Position numbers and translations under genes: made by a program. From Macrostomum lignano (lineage: Eukaryota): a DNA stretch of 27,964 nt. Under the pieces are notes generated by a model. The model did not search any database and was not told the origin of the DNA. It saw only the letters and a program-made list of their open reading frames with translations. The stretch covers positions 1-27,964 of the forward strand of contig NIVC01005043.1 in assembly GCA_002269645.1 (NCBI GenBank), written 5' to 3'. This document shows positions 10,992 through 20,798 of this stretch, in pieces (within the stretch, counting starts at the first letter, position 1; the number at the start of each line of letters is the position of its first letter).

Positions 10992-11155
10992 CAGGGACTA
11001 CTCAACATCGGGACGGGAAACTAGGCAAATCATGGCGAAGTTTTTACGAGGCTGGTTAAATCTATGGCCGCGCCAATGCAGCAGTAGCTATTTCAATATT
11101 TCAATAAATCTTCAATGAATTTTATATTTTATATTTTATGTTTGAGTAGTCCCTG
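10992..11155. mobile_element. hAT-type MITE, 164 bp
   Basis: Perfect 14-bp TIR CAGGGACTACTCAA / TTGAGTAGTCCCTG; 8-bp TSD GGTTATAC (10984-10991) vs AGTTATAC (11156-11163), 7/8 match. Confidence 0.8.
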
Positions 11156-11192
11156 AGTTATACTTTACAAAATGGTTCTGGTTCTAAGAGCC

Positions 11193-11921
11193 TCAAGGAC
11201 GACTTAAGTAGAAGGACGGGAAACCTCGTTTCTTAGAAAATTTTAGAAGGCAGGTTTTCCCGAAAAAGTACACTACGGAGATAGGAAATTTTCATTTTTC
11301 AGCACAAAAATTGTTATTGCTTTTGATAGGAAGCAGATCCAGTGTTCATTTTTGATATGTTGTGCCTTGCTTATTGCTCTATCGATATTACTAAAGCTCT
11401 CCGTTTAAAAAATTAGGATTCTATGTTAATTTTTTATTCTACATACGGCGCATGTCTTGTGCCTAAAAACCCTAGAATAGCCTAATTTTGTATTTGTGCC
11501 TAGAATAGCACGGCTCAGCTCTTTGGTTTTATGAGTCTATTTTATCATTCTTAGCTGACTGTGTAACAAATAGGCATAGCACAAATGATAAAATAGATTC
11601 ATTTAACCAAAGATTAGAGCTGCGCAATTTATTATTATTTTTTTAGGTACAGTAAATGTACATAGAATAAAAATGAACATTTAATCCTACTTCTTTGAAC
11701 AAAAAGCTTTATAAATATTGATGACGATAGAGCAATAAGAAAGGCACAACATATCAAAAGATCAACACTAGAACTGGAACTGCCTCCTATCAAAAGCAAG
11801 AACAATTTTTGTGCAAAAAAATTAAAACTTCCTATCTCCATAGTGTTTTTTTTAGAAAACCTGCCTTCTAAAATTTTCTAAGAAACGAGGTTTCCCATCC
11901 TTCTACTTAAGTCGTCCTTGA
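11193..11921. mobile_element. Foldback / long-TIR non-autonomous element, 729 bp, palindromic over nearly its whole length
   Basis: 11193-11259 vs 11855-11921 are inverted at 66/67. The arms stay alignable inward to 11521-11549 vs 11584-11612 (26/29), leaving a ~34-nt spacer. A terminal fragment recurs at 17123-17157. No clear TSD. Confidence 0.8.
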
Positions 11922-11939
11922 TTGCCACCTTATGCCATC

Positions 11940-12112
11940 GCCACTTTTAGTGCCACAGGCACTCATTTTGGCACCGCAGGCACTCATTTTGGCACCATAG
12001 GCACTCATTTTAGTGCCGTAGATACTCATTTTGGCGCTGCAGGCACTCATTTTGGTGCTATAGGCACTCATTTTGGAGCCGCAGGCACTCATTTTAGCAC
12101 TACAGGCACACA
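11940..12112. repeat. 21-bp minisatellite (GGCACTCATTTTGGCACCGCA)n
   Basis: About 8 diverged tandem copies immediately after the foldback element. Confidence 0.9.
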
Positions 12113-13005
12113 ATTGCCTCATGGTTTTTGGTACCTGCTGCGCCCAATCCCACCCCCTAGGTGATTGGGGAGTAGGCCGCGACCTGGCTATACCATTGTA
12201 TATTGTAATTAACTATAACAAAGTCTATTAACACTGCTTATTTCATATCTTACCATTTACATTTATCTATTTTCATTGTATTGTAATGGATGTCACATTG
12301 ACATTAGATGTACTTCTTTCTTTTGCAATGATTCCATTACCTGCTCTCAATTATTTTCCTAAGATAAGCTCAATCTTATTGATCGAGTTTTATACCTAAT
12401 ACCTTTGGCTTTTTGTTCATATTAAATATTAATATTATTATTTTATTAATTACTAAGCCTACTCTGGGTTCATTTTTGTGTGCAAAGTGTACATATACAC
12501 CCTAAATTTTAAAATTGCACCCTGAAATTGATAGTAGGTGCAGTTTATATGTAGACTTATTAACCTATTTTCCATTCCATTGAAGCCTCATTTGCATTGC
12601 CTTAAAATAAGAAAAAAGAGAATTACAGTTTGACCCTTAAAATTGCACTATGAAAATGAGCATAGAGTGCAATTTTGCATTTTGTCTCTGGCAAAAAAGA
12701 AAACTCTAAGTCTACTAATCTTAGGATTCCTAACTAATGTCAATGTCATGACACTAACAAATATATAAATATTCTATAGTATGCTCATATACATTATACA
12801 ATGTAACTCATTTATTTAGATTGATTTATTTTAAATTTAAACTAACTTATAGGGCAAAGGCATTTTAAGTCTCAACTTAATGTCAAAGTACATATACAAA
12901 CTATCAAATGTTTACCTTATGTTAATGTATTAATATTATTTGTTTAAAAGCTAGGCCTACAAATGACAATATACAATCATTAAGGATAAAAGCAATAATT
13001 ATATA

Positions 13006-13278
13006 CATACATGCGCAACAGTTGGCCAATTTGGCGGCCAACCAAGGAAGTCGCAAAAATGCCGACCCAAAAAACACCGAGTAGTAGTACTAAGTAGCTG
13101 ATGAGGCATTTTGGCTTAATAAGACAGTCATAGTTACTCCTGCTGTTTACTCAAAGTTGCGTTAATTTTGCTTTCGGGTTTTTTACATGTAAGTCGCATT
13201 TTTGGCCAAAAATTATGTCGCATTTTTGTTAAAACTAAGTTGCATGGCCAACTAAAATTTGGAGGTTGCACATGTATG
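13006..13278. mobile_element. hAT-type MITE, 273 bp
   Basis: 14-bp TIR CATACATGCGCAAC / GTTGCACATGTATG (13/14); perfect 8-bp TSD ATTATATA at 12998-13005 and 13279-13286. Confidence 0.8.
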
Positions 13279-13479
13279 ATTATATATTAATAATTATTTT
13301 TATATTTAGAGCCTTCATTTTTGGCCAATTTCAATTAGCAAAGCAAACCTATCAAAAGGACCTTACTTTTGGCAAAATGAATATATAAAAAAGCTTTTAT
13401 GTTTAATTTAATATGGTTTTGTTTATGTTATTAACCAAGGCTGATCCTAGTATAATAAAATTGTATATTTTAATTTATT

Positions 13480-13656
13480 CAGTAGCAGATTTAGATGGGG
13501 TGTACAGGGCATGCACCCCCCCATTTAGTAAGATTTTTTGATTTTTATATGGAAAAAACATATCATCATGTACATTTACTTGTACATGATATATAAATTT
13601 ATATGGACCTCAGTAGTCTGCACCCCCTCATTCAAAATTTTCTGGATCTGCTACTG
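13480..13656. mobile_element. hAT-type MITE, 177 bp
   Basis: TIR CAGTAGCAGAT / ATCTGCTACTG (11 bp perfect); 8-bp TSD AATTTATT (13472-13479) vs AATTTATA (13657-13664), 7/8. Confidence 0.75.
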
Positions 13657-13884
13657 AATTTATAATAAATTAAATCTATTAATAATAATTTCATTTTTTG
13701 TTAAAATTCAAGACTGCTTCAAAAGTTAACATAGGAATAGTATATCAAAATTAAACAATGCTTTCTATTTTTTTTATTATAATATTATATATATATAATC
13801 TCAAAAACTTAATTTTGTTTTTGTCTTCTTTTTGCTGTTGTTTTGCCTTGTATTATCATTTCAAAAAGGCAAAAAGAACATCCT

Positions 13885-15642
13885 ATGTTTGCTGCCAGCC
13901 TTCATCAGTTAAGAAGAGCTTCAAAATTATTTGTTCCAATGGCTTCAAAAGCATCTCAATCTGGATTTAAATTTGATGCATCTATTGCTATTCCAAAACA
14001 AAATTTTAACTATTTTTTAGTCTTGGACTTTGAAGCAACATGCCAAGAGGGTCCTAAAATCTTTCCTCAAGAGATTATTGAATTTCCTGTGCTCAAGGTG
14101 AATGCACAAACACTTGCTACTGAGGCCACATTTCATAAGTATGTGCAGCCTAGGGTGCACAAAGAGCTCACTAGTTTCTGCACTAAGGTATTATTTTTTG
14201 CATTGCTTTCATTGCATCATCATGCTTTATCAATAGAGAAATCACTGCAATGACATTCCATCTATTTTTTATTAGCTTACTGGCATCATTTAAGAGATGG
14301 TAGACAATCAGCCACATTTGGAAGAGGTGCTTCAGGTGAGAGATTATTTTTCACCTTTAACTAGGTAAAGTATATAATCAATTGGTTTTTACATATTGCA
14401 GGACTTTCACAACTGGATGCAACAGGAAGGCCTGTTAGACCAAAGCACTGCATCAGCATTTGTCACTTGCGGCGACTGGGATCTCAATGTGATGTGGGTG
14501 AACTTCTCTTTCTTCTTTCTTGCCAAACTTCAAACCCCGATTCTCTTCCCCTGACCACCTACCCCCATCCTGATTCACTGCCCCTGATCCCCACCCACCC
14601 CCGATTCTCTGCCCCTGATCCCCCACCCCACCCCCGATTCTCTGTCCCTGATCCCCCCACCCCACCCCCGATTCTCTGCCCCTGACCGCCTACCCCACTC
14701 TCGATTCTCTGCCCCTGACCGCCTACCCCACTCTCGATTCTCTGCCCCTGACCGCCCACCCCACCCCCGATTCTCTGCCCCTGACCGCCCACCCACTCTC
14801 GATTATCTGCCCCTGACCGCCTACCCCACTCTCGATTCTCTGCCCCTGACCGCCCACCCACTCCCGATTCTCTGCCCCTGATCCCCCACCCCACCCCCGA
14901 TTCTCTGCCCCTGACCGCCTACCCCACTCTCGATTCTCTGCCCCTGACCGCCCACCCACTCTCGATTATCTGCCCCTGACCCCCCACCCCCGATTCTCTG
15001 CCCCTGATCCCCCACCCCACCCCCGATTCTCTGCCCCTGACCCCCCACCCTCGATTCTCTGCCCCTGATCCCCCACCCCACCCCCGATTCTCTGCCCCTG
15101 ATCCCCCACACCACCCCCGATTCTCTGCCCCTGACCGCCCACCCCACCCCTGATTCTCTGCCTCTTACCAGCCAACCCATCCACCCACCCAGCCAACCCT
15201 AAATCTGCCCCGCTCAACCCTGCCCTTCGCTTACCCCATGCCATAATCACACAGGTTTGCTTAAACACCGTCGCCAACTGATCGCAAGGCCAGTATTAAT
15301 TAAGGCAGTCTGACACCACTCATCACTCTCTTCTTTCTATTTGAAAGGCTGCCCAGCCAGTGCGCGCATTTCGGCATCCCCCTGCCGCTGTACATGACCC
15401 GCTGGATCAACATCAAGCGCGTGTTCAGCGACGTTATGGGCCGCTACCCGCGCCAGGACTTGATGGAGATGCTGCGCCTGCTCAACCTTGCCCACCAGGG
15501 CCGGCATCATTCTGGCATTGACGATGTGCGCAATATTGCCAACATTTTGGGCGAGCTCGTCATCAGAGGCGCTGCGCCCAGCATTACTGGGGAATTCCGA
15601 CCGCGGCCGGGCCAGTTTAAGGAACAAGCAGGCAGCAGCTGA
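13885..15642 (+). CDS. ERI3: ERI1-family (ERI3-like) DEDDh 3'-5' exoribonuclease; exons 13885-14187, 14276-14335, 14402-14493, 15348-15642; as written it is interrupted by an in-frame TAA at 14291-14293
   Basis: Motifs LVLDFEATC, QEIIEFPVL, FHKYVQP, LTSFCTKLTGII, FVTCGDWDL, WINIK and GRHHSGIDD..NIA match ERI3. GT-AG introns have phases 0,0,2. Stop TGA 15640-15642. An alternative ATG lies at 13939. Confidence 0.85.
14534..15162. repeat. ~31-bp C-rich minisatellite (CCCACCCCACCCCCGATTCTCTGCCCCTGA)n in ERI3 intron 3
   Basis: About 20 variable tandem copies. Confidence 0.95.
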
Positions 15643-15669
15643 TTGACTTGCATCTGCAAATTTAGTTCT

Positions 15670-16282
15670 GCCCCACCCACCCTAACCTCTGCTTCTCTGC
15701 CCCGCCCACGCACCTCATCCTCCGCTTCTCTGTCCCTGGACACACACCCCATCCTCCGCTTCTCTGTCCCTGGCCACCCACCCCATCCTCCGCATCTCGG
15801 CCCTGGACACCCACCCCATCCTCCGCTTCTCTGTCCCTGGCCACCCACCCCATCCTCCGCTTCTCGGCCCCTGGACACCCACCCCATCCTCCGCTTCTCT
15901 GTCCTTGGCCACCCACCCCATCCTCCACTTCTTTTCCTCCGCATGCCCACCCCATCCTCCAATTCTTATTTTTCCATGGCCACCCACCCCATCCTCCGCT
16001 TCTCGGCCCCTGGACACCCACCCCATCCTCCGCTTCTCTGTCCCTGGCCACCCACCCCATTCTCCGCTTCTCTATCCTTGGCCACCCACCCCATCCTCCG
16101 CTTCTCTGTCCCTGGCCACCCACCCCATTCTCCGCTTCTCTGTCCCTGGCCACCCACCCCATCCTCCGCTTCTCTGTCCCTGGCCACCCACCCCATCCTC
16201 CGCTTCTCTGTCCTTGGCCACCCACCCATCCTCCACTTCTTTTCCTCCGCATGCCCACCCCATCCTCCAATTCTTATTTTTC
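15670..16282. repeat. ~34-bp C-rich minisatellite (CCCTGGCCACCCACCCCATCCTCCGCTTCTCTGT)n between the convergent ERI3 and lipin 3' ends
   Basis: About 17 copies; a variant block recurs 308 bp apart. Confidence 0.95.
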
Positions 16283-16574
16283 TGGTTCCGAAGTTTTTAA
16301 GAAATCTAAGACTCATGATCACATGAAACTTGCTGTAACAAAAGTGTGTACATATTTTTTGATTAAAATAAAAAGTCCAAGCTCTTTGCTTTCCAAACTG
16401 AATCGGATTGTTTAGTTTAGCTAATTGAATAAGCAATAGTTCTGAGTTGAATTCATAAAGTATGAAAGTGCAGTAGAAGTTGATTCGGTACAAAAATATT
16501 AGTCAGCTGCTGTACAGGGGTGAAAGTACATATTAAATGCTGGCACACAGGTCAAAGGAGGCATTTGCGCTCCC

Positions 16575-18452
16575 TCAGCTTAACTGCAAGAAATTCACTT
16601 CGCTCAGGCTAACGGCGTGTACAGTTGATGAAGAGCGGCGGCCGGGACTGGATCCAGCTTCCTCCTCATCCTTCATGTCTGCATTTGCATCCCCATCTTG
16701 ACTGGGACTCAGAGGATTTGTTACTTGATTTGGAGAATCCACGGGACTGTCGGGTTTCCACTTTGGGAACACGTGATCGACAATGTCCATCAGCGCTCTG
16801 TAGCTGGGGGCCCATCCGCAGCCGTCCATCTGGTAGCAACCGCCGCGGAGCAGCTCGCCGCGCGAATTGACGGTGAAGCAGCGCTCCAGCGGGATGCCGA
16901 CCTTCGCGTAGGTGTCGGCGTCCGTCGGACGGTTGCCGAAGCCCGCCCAGAACGGGCCGCCGATTTTGTGCGCGGTCTGGAACAACGCGCGAATGTCGCG
17001 CAGGCAGGGGATCTGGCAGGGTGGATTTGGGAGTGGATAAGTTCTTCACAACTGACACGTGATTTACCAGTACCTGGATTGCATTCAATTAATTTACAAC
17101 CTAAATCTCCGTTCCAATAATAACTTAAGTGGATGGGAAACCTCGTTTCTTAGAAAACAGTTTGCCAGTTTTCATTTTGCGGCACCAAAAATTGCGATAA
17201 AGTTATGCCGTTAATCGTGGCTGCAGTCCTGGTACTAGTAGTACAAACCATACACTAACCTTGAAATCTTGCGGCCGCCGCGCGATCACCTCCCTGTGTA
17301 GGGCGGCCAGCAGGGAATCTGGTGAGAGCAACACTGGGCCGCCCGGCAGTCCGGCTCCCTCCTGGCTGATGCGGTCCAGAAACCTCCTGGTGGCCTCGGA
17401 CTGCCCGAGTCCCCGTGAGGACAGGTAGAGGAACCTGTAGCCGTTGCCGCCCACCGCGGAGAACAGGCTGGTCACCGTGGGCTGAATCCAGTCCTGGCCC
17501 ACTATGGGCAGCAGCTGACCGAGCAGATCCGACCGCGTGATGGTGCCGTCAATGTCGGACACAACTATCCGATCGTCGTGACGCCACAGGTGCACCTCGC
17601 ACAGACAGCTGGCCGTGCCCTGGTACTTTGTAGTCACGTCGTAGCGAAGCTTGTTGACGCCCGGTTGGAGGTGCAACAGCCGCAGCTGGTCCGAGCTGAG
17701 TCGGATACTCATGTCCCTGCTTTTGCTGGCCGGGGCTAATTAACAAATTTGGTTAAAAATTGGGCTTTTTGAGTTCTAGTGAAATTCACTTTACCTGCAG
17801 CACATATTCATATTTCAGAGGAAATTTCGGACAATTAGAGGTTTCAGTGGAGGGCAATTAGCTAGAGGTGTCAGTGGAGGGCAATTAGCTAGAGGTTTCA
17901 GTGGAGGGCAATTTGCCAGGGGTGTCAGTGGAGGGCAATTAGCCAGGGGTGTCAGTGGAGGGCAATTAGCTAGGGGTGTCAGTGAGCCACTCACCGCCGT
18001 CGCCTTCACTGGAGGCCAGCGACGAACTCGACGCCGTAGTTTTCAGTCGCATCGACAAAGCCGACGACGAGGCTGCGGCGGAAGCGGCAGCGTCCGACGC
18101 CGCAGCGGAGGACTTCTTTGGCAGGTGGCCCCAGCGCCAGACGGACCACTTTGAGCTGACCGAGTTGGCGGCTCCTTCGCTTGCCGACGTCTCCGGCTCG
18201 CTGAGGTGGCCGGAATCGATCTGCTGGTCTGATACGGCGGCCTCGGCCGGAACGTCCACCCAGTCGTCGAATCCGGCGCCCACAGCCGCCTGATGCGGCG
18301 GAAGCGGCAGCGGCTCGCCGCAGAAAATCACTTCGCCTGCGGGACCCAGCCGGGCCGCGAGTCCGGTGACTGGCGACTCGTTGACGAAAATTTCCACCTT
18401 TGCAGTTTGGGAAGGGGTTGGGGGAGGCGCGTTGTGGGAGGAAGCACAGGAA

Positions 18453-18527
<75 letters not shown>

Positions 18528-18973
18528 CCTCTGTGTGTGTGTCTGTCTTAGTGTCTGTCTGTCTGTCTGTCCCTCTGTGTGTGTGTCTGTCTGTCTGTCT
18601 TAGTGTCTGTCTGTCTGTCTGTCCCTCTGTGTGTGTGTCTGTCTGTCTGTCTGTCTGTCTGGCTGTCTGTCTGTCCGTCTGTGTGTGTGTCTGTCTGTCT
18701 GTCTGTCTGACTGTCTGTCTGTCTGTCTGTCTGTCCGTCTCTTAATTATCAATTTTAGCCTGTCCACGCCTCTCTAATTGTCTACCTGTCCATCAGCCTC
18801 ACCGCATTGTCCCTCGGCCGCAGGACTCCCCGCTTGCCGAACCGAGCATGAAACGGGCTGCCAATGAGGCTGCCGTCCGGCTGCTCAACCACCAGCACGT
18901 CGATGGCCCCGGAGAGGGTGCTGGGGTTCCAGTAGCCGCCAACGTGGCCGAGCAGCTGACTGACCAAATTCAT
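16575..18973 (-). CDS. LPIN: Lipin (Mg-dependent phosphatidate phosphatase, N-LIP + LNS2/C-LIP), 495 aa; exons 18973-18803, 18397-17995, 17735-17260, 17012-16575
   Basis: [36 protein letters not shown]; catalytic DIDGTIT; YLSSR; GPVLLSP; [15 protein letters not shown] introns have phases 0,1,0; total length 1488 nt; stop TGA. Confidence 0.92.
17123..17157 (+). repeat. Dispersed fragment of the foldback element terminus in lipin intron 3
   Basis: GGATGGGAAACCTCGTTTCTTAGAAAA is identical over 27 bp to the reverse complement of the right arm near 11874-11900, and is preceded by ACTTAAGT. Confidence 0.75.
17832..17983. repeat. 27-bp minisatellite (TCAGTGGAGGGCAATTAGCTAGAGGTG)n in lipin intron 2
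   Basis: About 5-6 tandem copies. Confidence 0.9.
18452..18740. repeat. (TCTG)n / (TG)n compound microsatellite in lipin intron 1
   Basis: Read directly. Confidence 0.95.
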
Positions 18974-20292
18974 TAATAATGAACAGAGAAAATTCTCACT
19001 GTTGATCTCGCAGCAGTTGTAGAAGAAAAAAATCGAGCAGATTTTTTCTCCAAGGTTGTGCGCTGCAATTTTGCAGATCGCCCGCCCTCTGACTGACTGA
19101 ATGCTTTTAGCAGTACAGCCCCAGCCCCCTGCCCCTGCACACTCGGGATGAACGGGGCAGACAGGCAGACAGACAGTTTGCTAAGGCCACCGACCACTTC
19201 TCCACTCAACCGCTCAGTCAACTTGCACTATAGTTGTACACTCTGGTTCAGTGTACATTTCACTCTGTAGTGAAGCGTGCCCCAGTATGTTTTGCATTAT
19301 TCCCTGTAGCTCATTGGGTCGGTAGTGAGCTGTTTTTAAGTGTCGCCTGCCCTTACTGGAAGGTTTTGTTGAGAGCAAGAAGAATGCGCACTCGCTATTT
19401 GTCCGTACAGGTAATTGGCAGGAAAGATGAGGCAGAGTTCCAGCTTTTGTAGCTTACTTTTGTAGTTCTTGAGGGACTCTCATGTTCTCATGATTAATAA
19501 GTAACTAATCATGTCATCATTCTATCTGGGCTAGTTGTCCTTGATCAATTTTGATGCTACTTCGATGTTTATTTATATTATTAGAGGCAAAAGCTGTTTT
19601 GTCATTGCTGTGTTTTCGACATTGTAAAGCAACCGGCGAAGGCATTGCCATCCCGCCGACTCCCCTGAGCAGGCACGCACAAGCGCGCGGATACGTACGC
19701 AGTCATACGCACAAGCACACACTCACACAGGAGTGTACAGCGGCCCTGACTTTACTTATCGTTAGGCATGTACGAGTACACCTCAGTGCCTTGGGGGCCC
19801 AAGCAGATTTCAATTCGGCCCCAATTAATATGACTGCACACAGGAATCGACCCTGGGCCGCTGGCACATCAGAGCGCCCAGGCTAGACGACTCAATATTG
19901 ATTGATGCTACTGACGACATCAGGAACAACTAAAATCATGGTTGCTGATGTGAATAGGAAAAGAACTAAGAGTACTTTATACAGTAACATTAGTCCCAAG
20001 CTTAAAAGTACATGCGACTGAAATAAACAAAACTACAAAGACTCAATCATAATTATATAATTATATTGCAAGGACAAGGGCCAGCAATGGTAAATTAACT
20101 GTAGACTTTCAAATAAACCGGTTCATACTGAACCTACTATTAGTAAGCTAATGCTTAAATGCTTTGTATTTTATTAAATTAGACACAAAAATCATAATTT
20201 AAGCAGAATTTGAAAACTGCAGTTTGATAATTAGCAAGGTGAAATTCGTTAAGCTGTGAGCCGTCTTGATGACTTTAGAAAACCTTCAGTTC

Positions 20293-20766
20293 TATAACAG
20301 CATAGATTACAGCATCCATAACAGCATAGATTACAGCATCCATAACAGCATAGATTACAGCATCCATAACAGCATCTATTACAGCATCCATAACAGCATC
20401 TATTACAGCATCCATAACAGCATGGATTACAGCATAGATTACAGCATCCATAGCAGCATCTGTTACAGCATCCATAAGATTACAGCATAGATTACATCAT
20501 CCATAAGATTACAGCATAGATTACAGCATCCATAATATTACGGCATAGATTACAGCATAGATTACAGCATCCATAAGATTACGGCATAGATTACAGCATA
20601 GATTACAGCATCCATAAGATTACAGCATCCATAAGATTACAGCATAGATTACAGCATCCATAAGATTACAGCATCCATAAGATTACAGCATAGATTACAG
20701 CATAGATTACAGCATCCATAACAGCGTAGATTACAGCATCCATAAGACTACAGCATGGACTACAGC
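20293..20766. repeat. Modular ACAGCAT-based tandem repeat (ACAGCATAGATT / ACAGCATCCATA / ..AGATT) just 3' of the ATR stop codon
   Basis: Mixed 12- and 17-bp subunits sharing ACAGCAT, ~470 bp in total. Confidence 0.9.
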
Positions 20767-20798
20767 ACTAGCAACAGCAGCAGCCGCCATTCCGGCAG

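Noticed and set aside
12292-12752. 13-bp inverted repeat (12295-12307 / 12734-12746) and two AAATTGCAC hairpins (~12512-12546, 12639-12676) as another MITE or Helitron end
   Set aside because: There is no TSD or CTRR terminus that I can define, and AT-rich sequence makes chance stems likely.
14291-14293. UAA-to-Gln nuclear genetic code reassignment
   Set aside because: No other in-frame TAA or TAG occurs in several kb of conserved exons, and EXOC3 ends in TAG. A single C>T change is simpler.
14453-16493. Numerous Gly/Trp/Arg- or Pro/His-rich ORFs on both strands
   Set aside because: They are translations of C/G-rich minisatellites with no coding signature.
17791-17800. CAG|GTAAAG donor-like site in lipin intron 2 as a micro-exon
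   Set aside because: None of the upstream AG acceptors gives a frame-preserving exon length.
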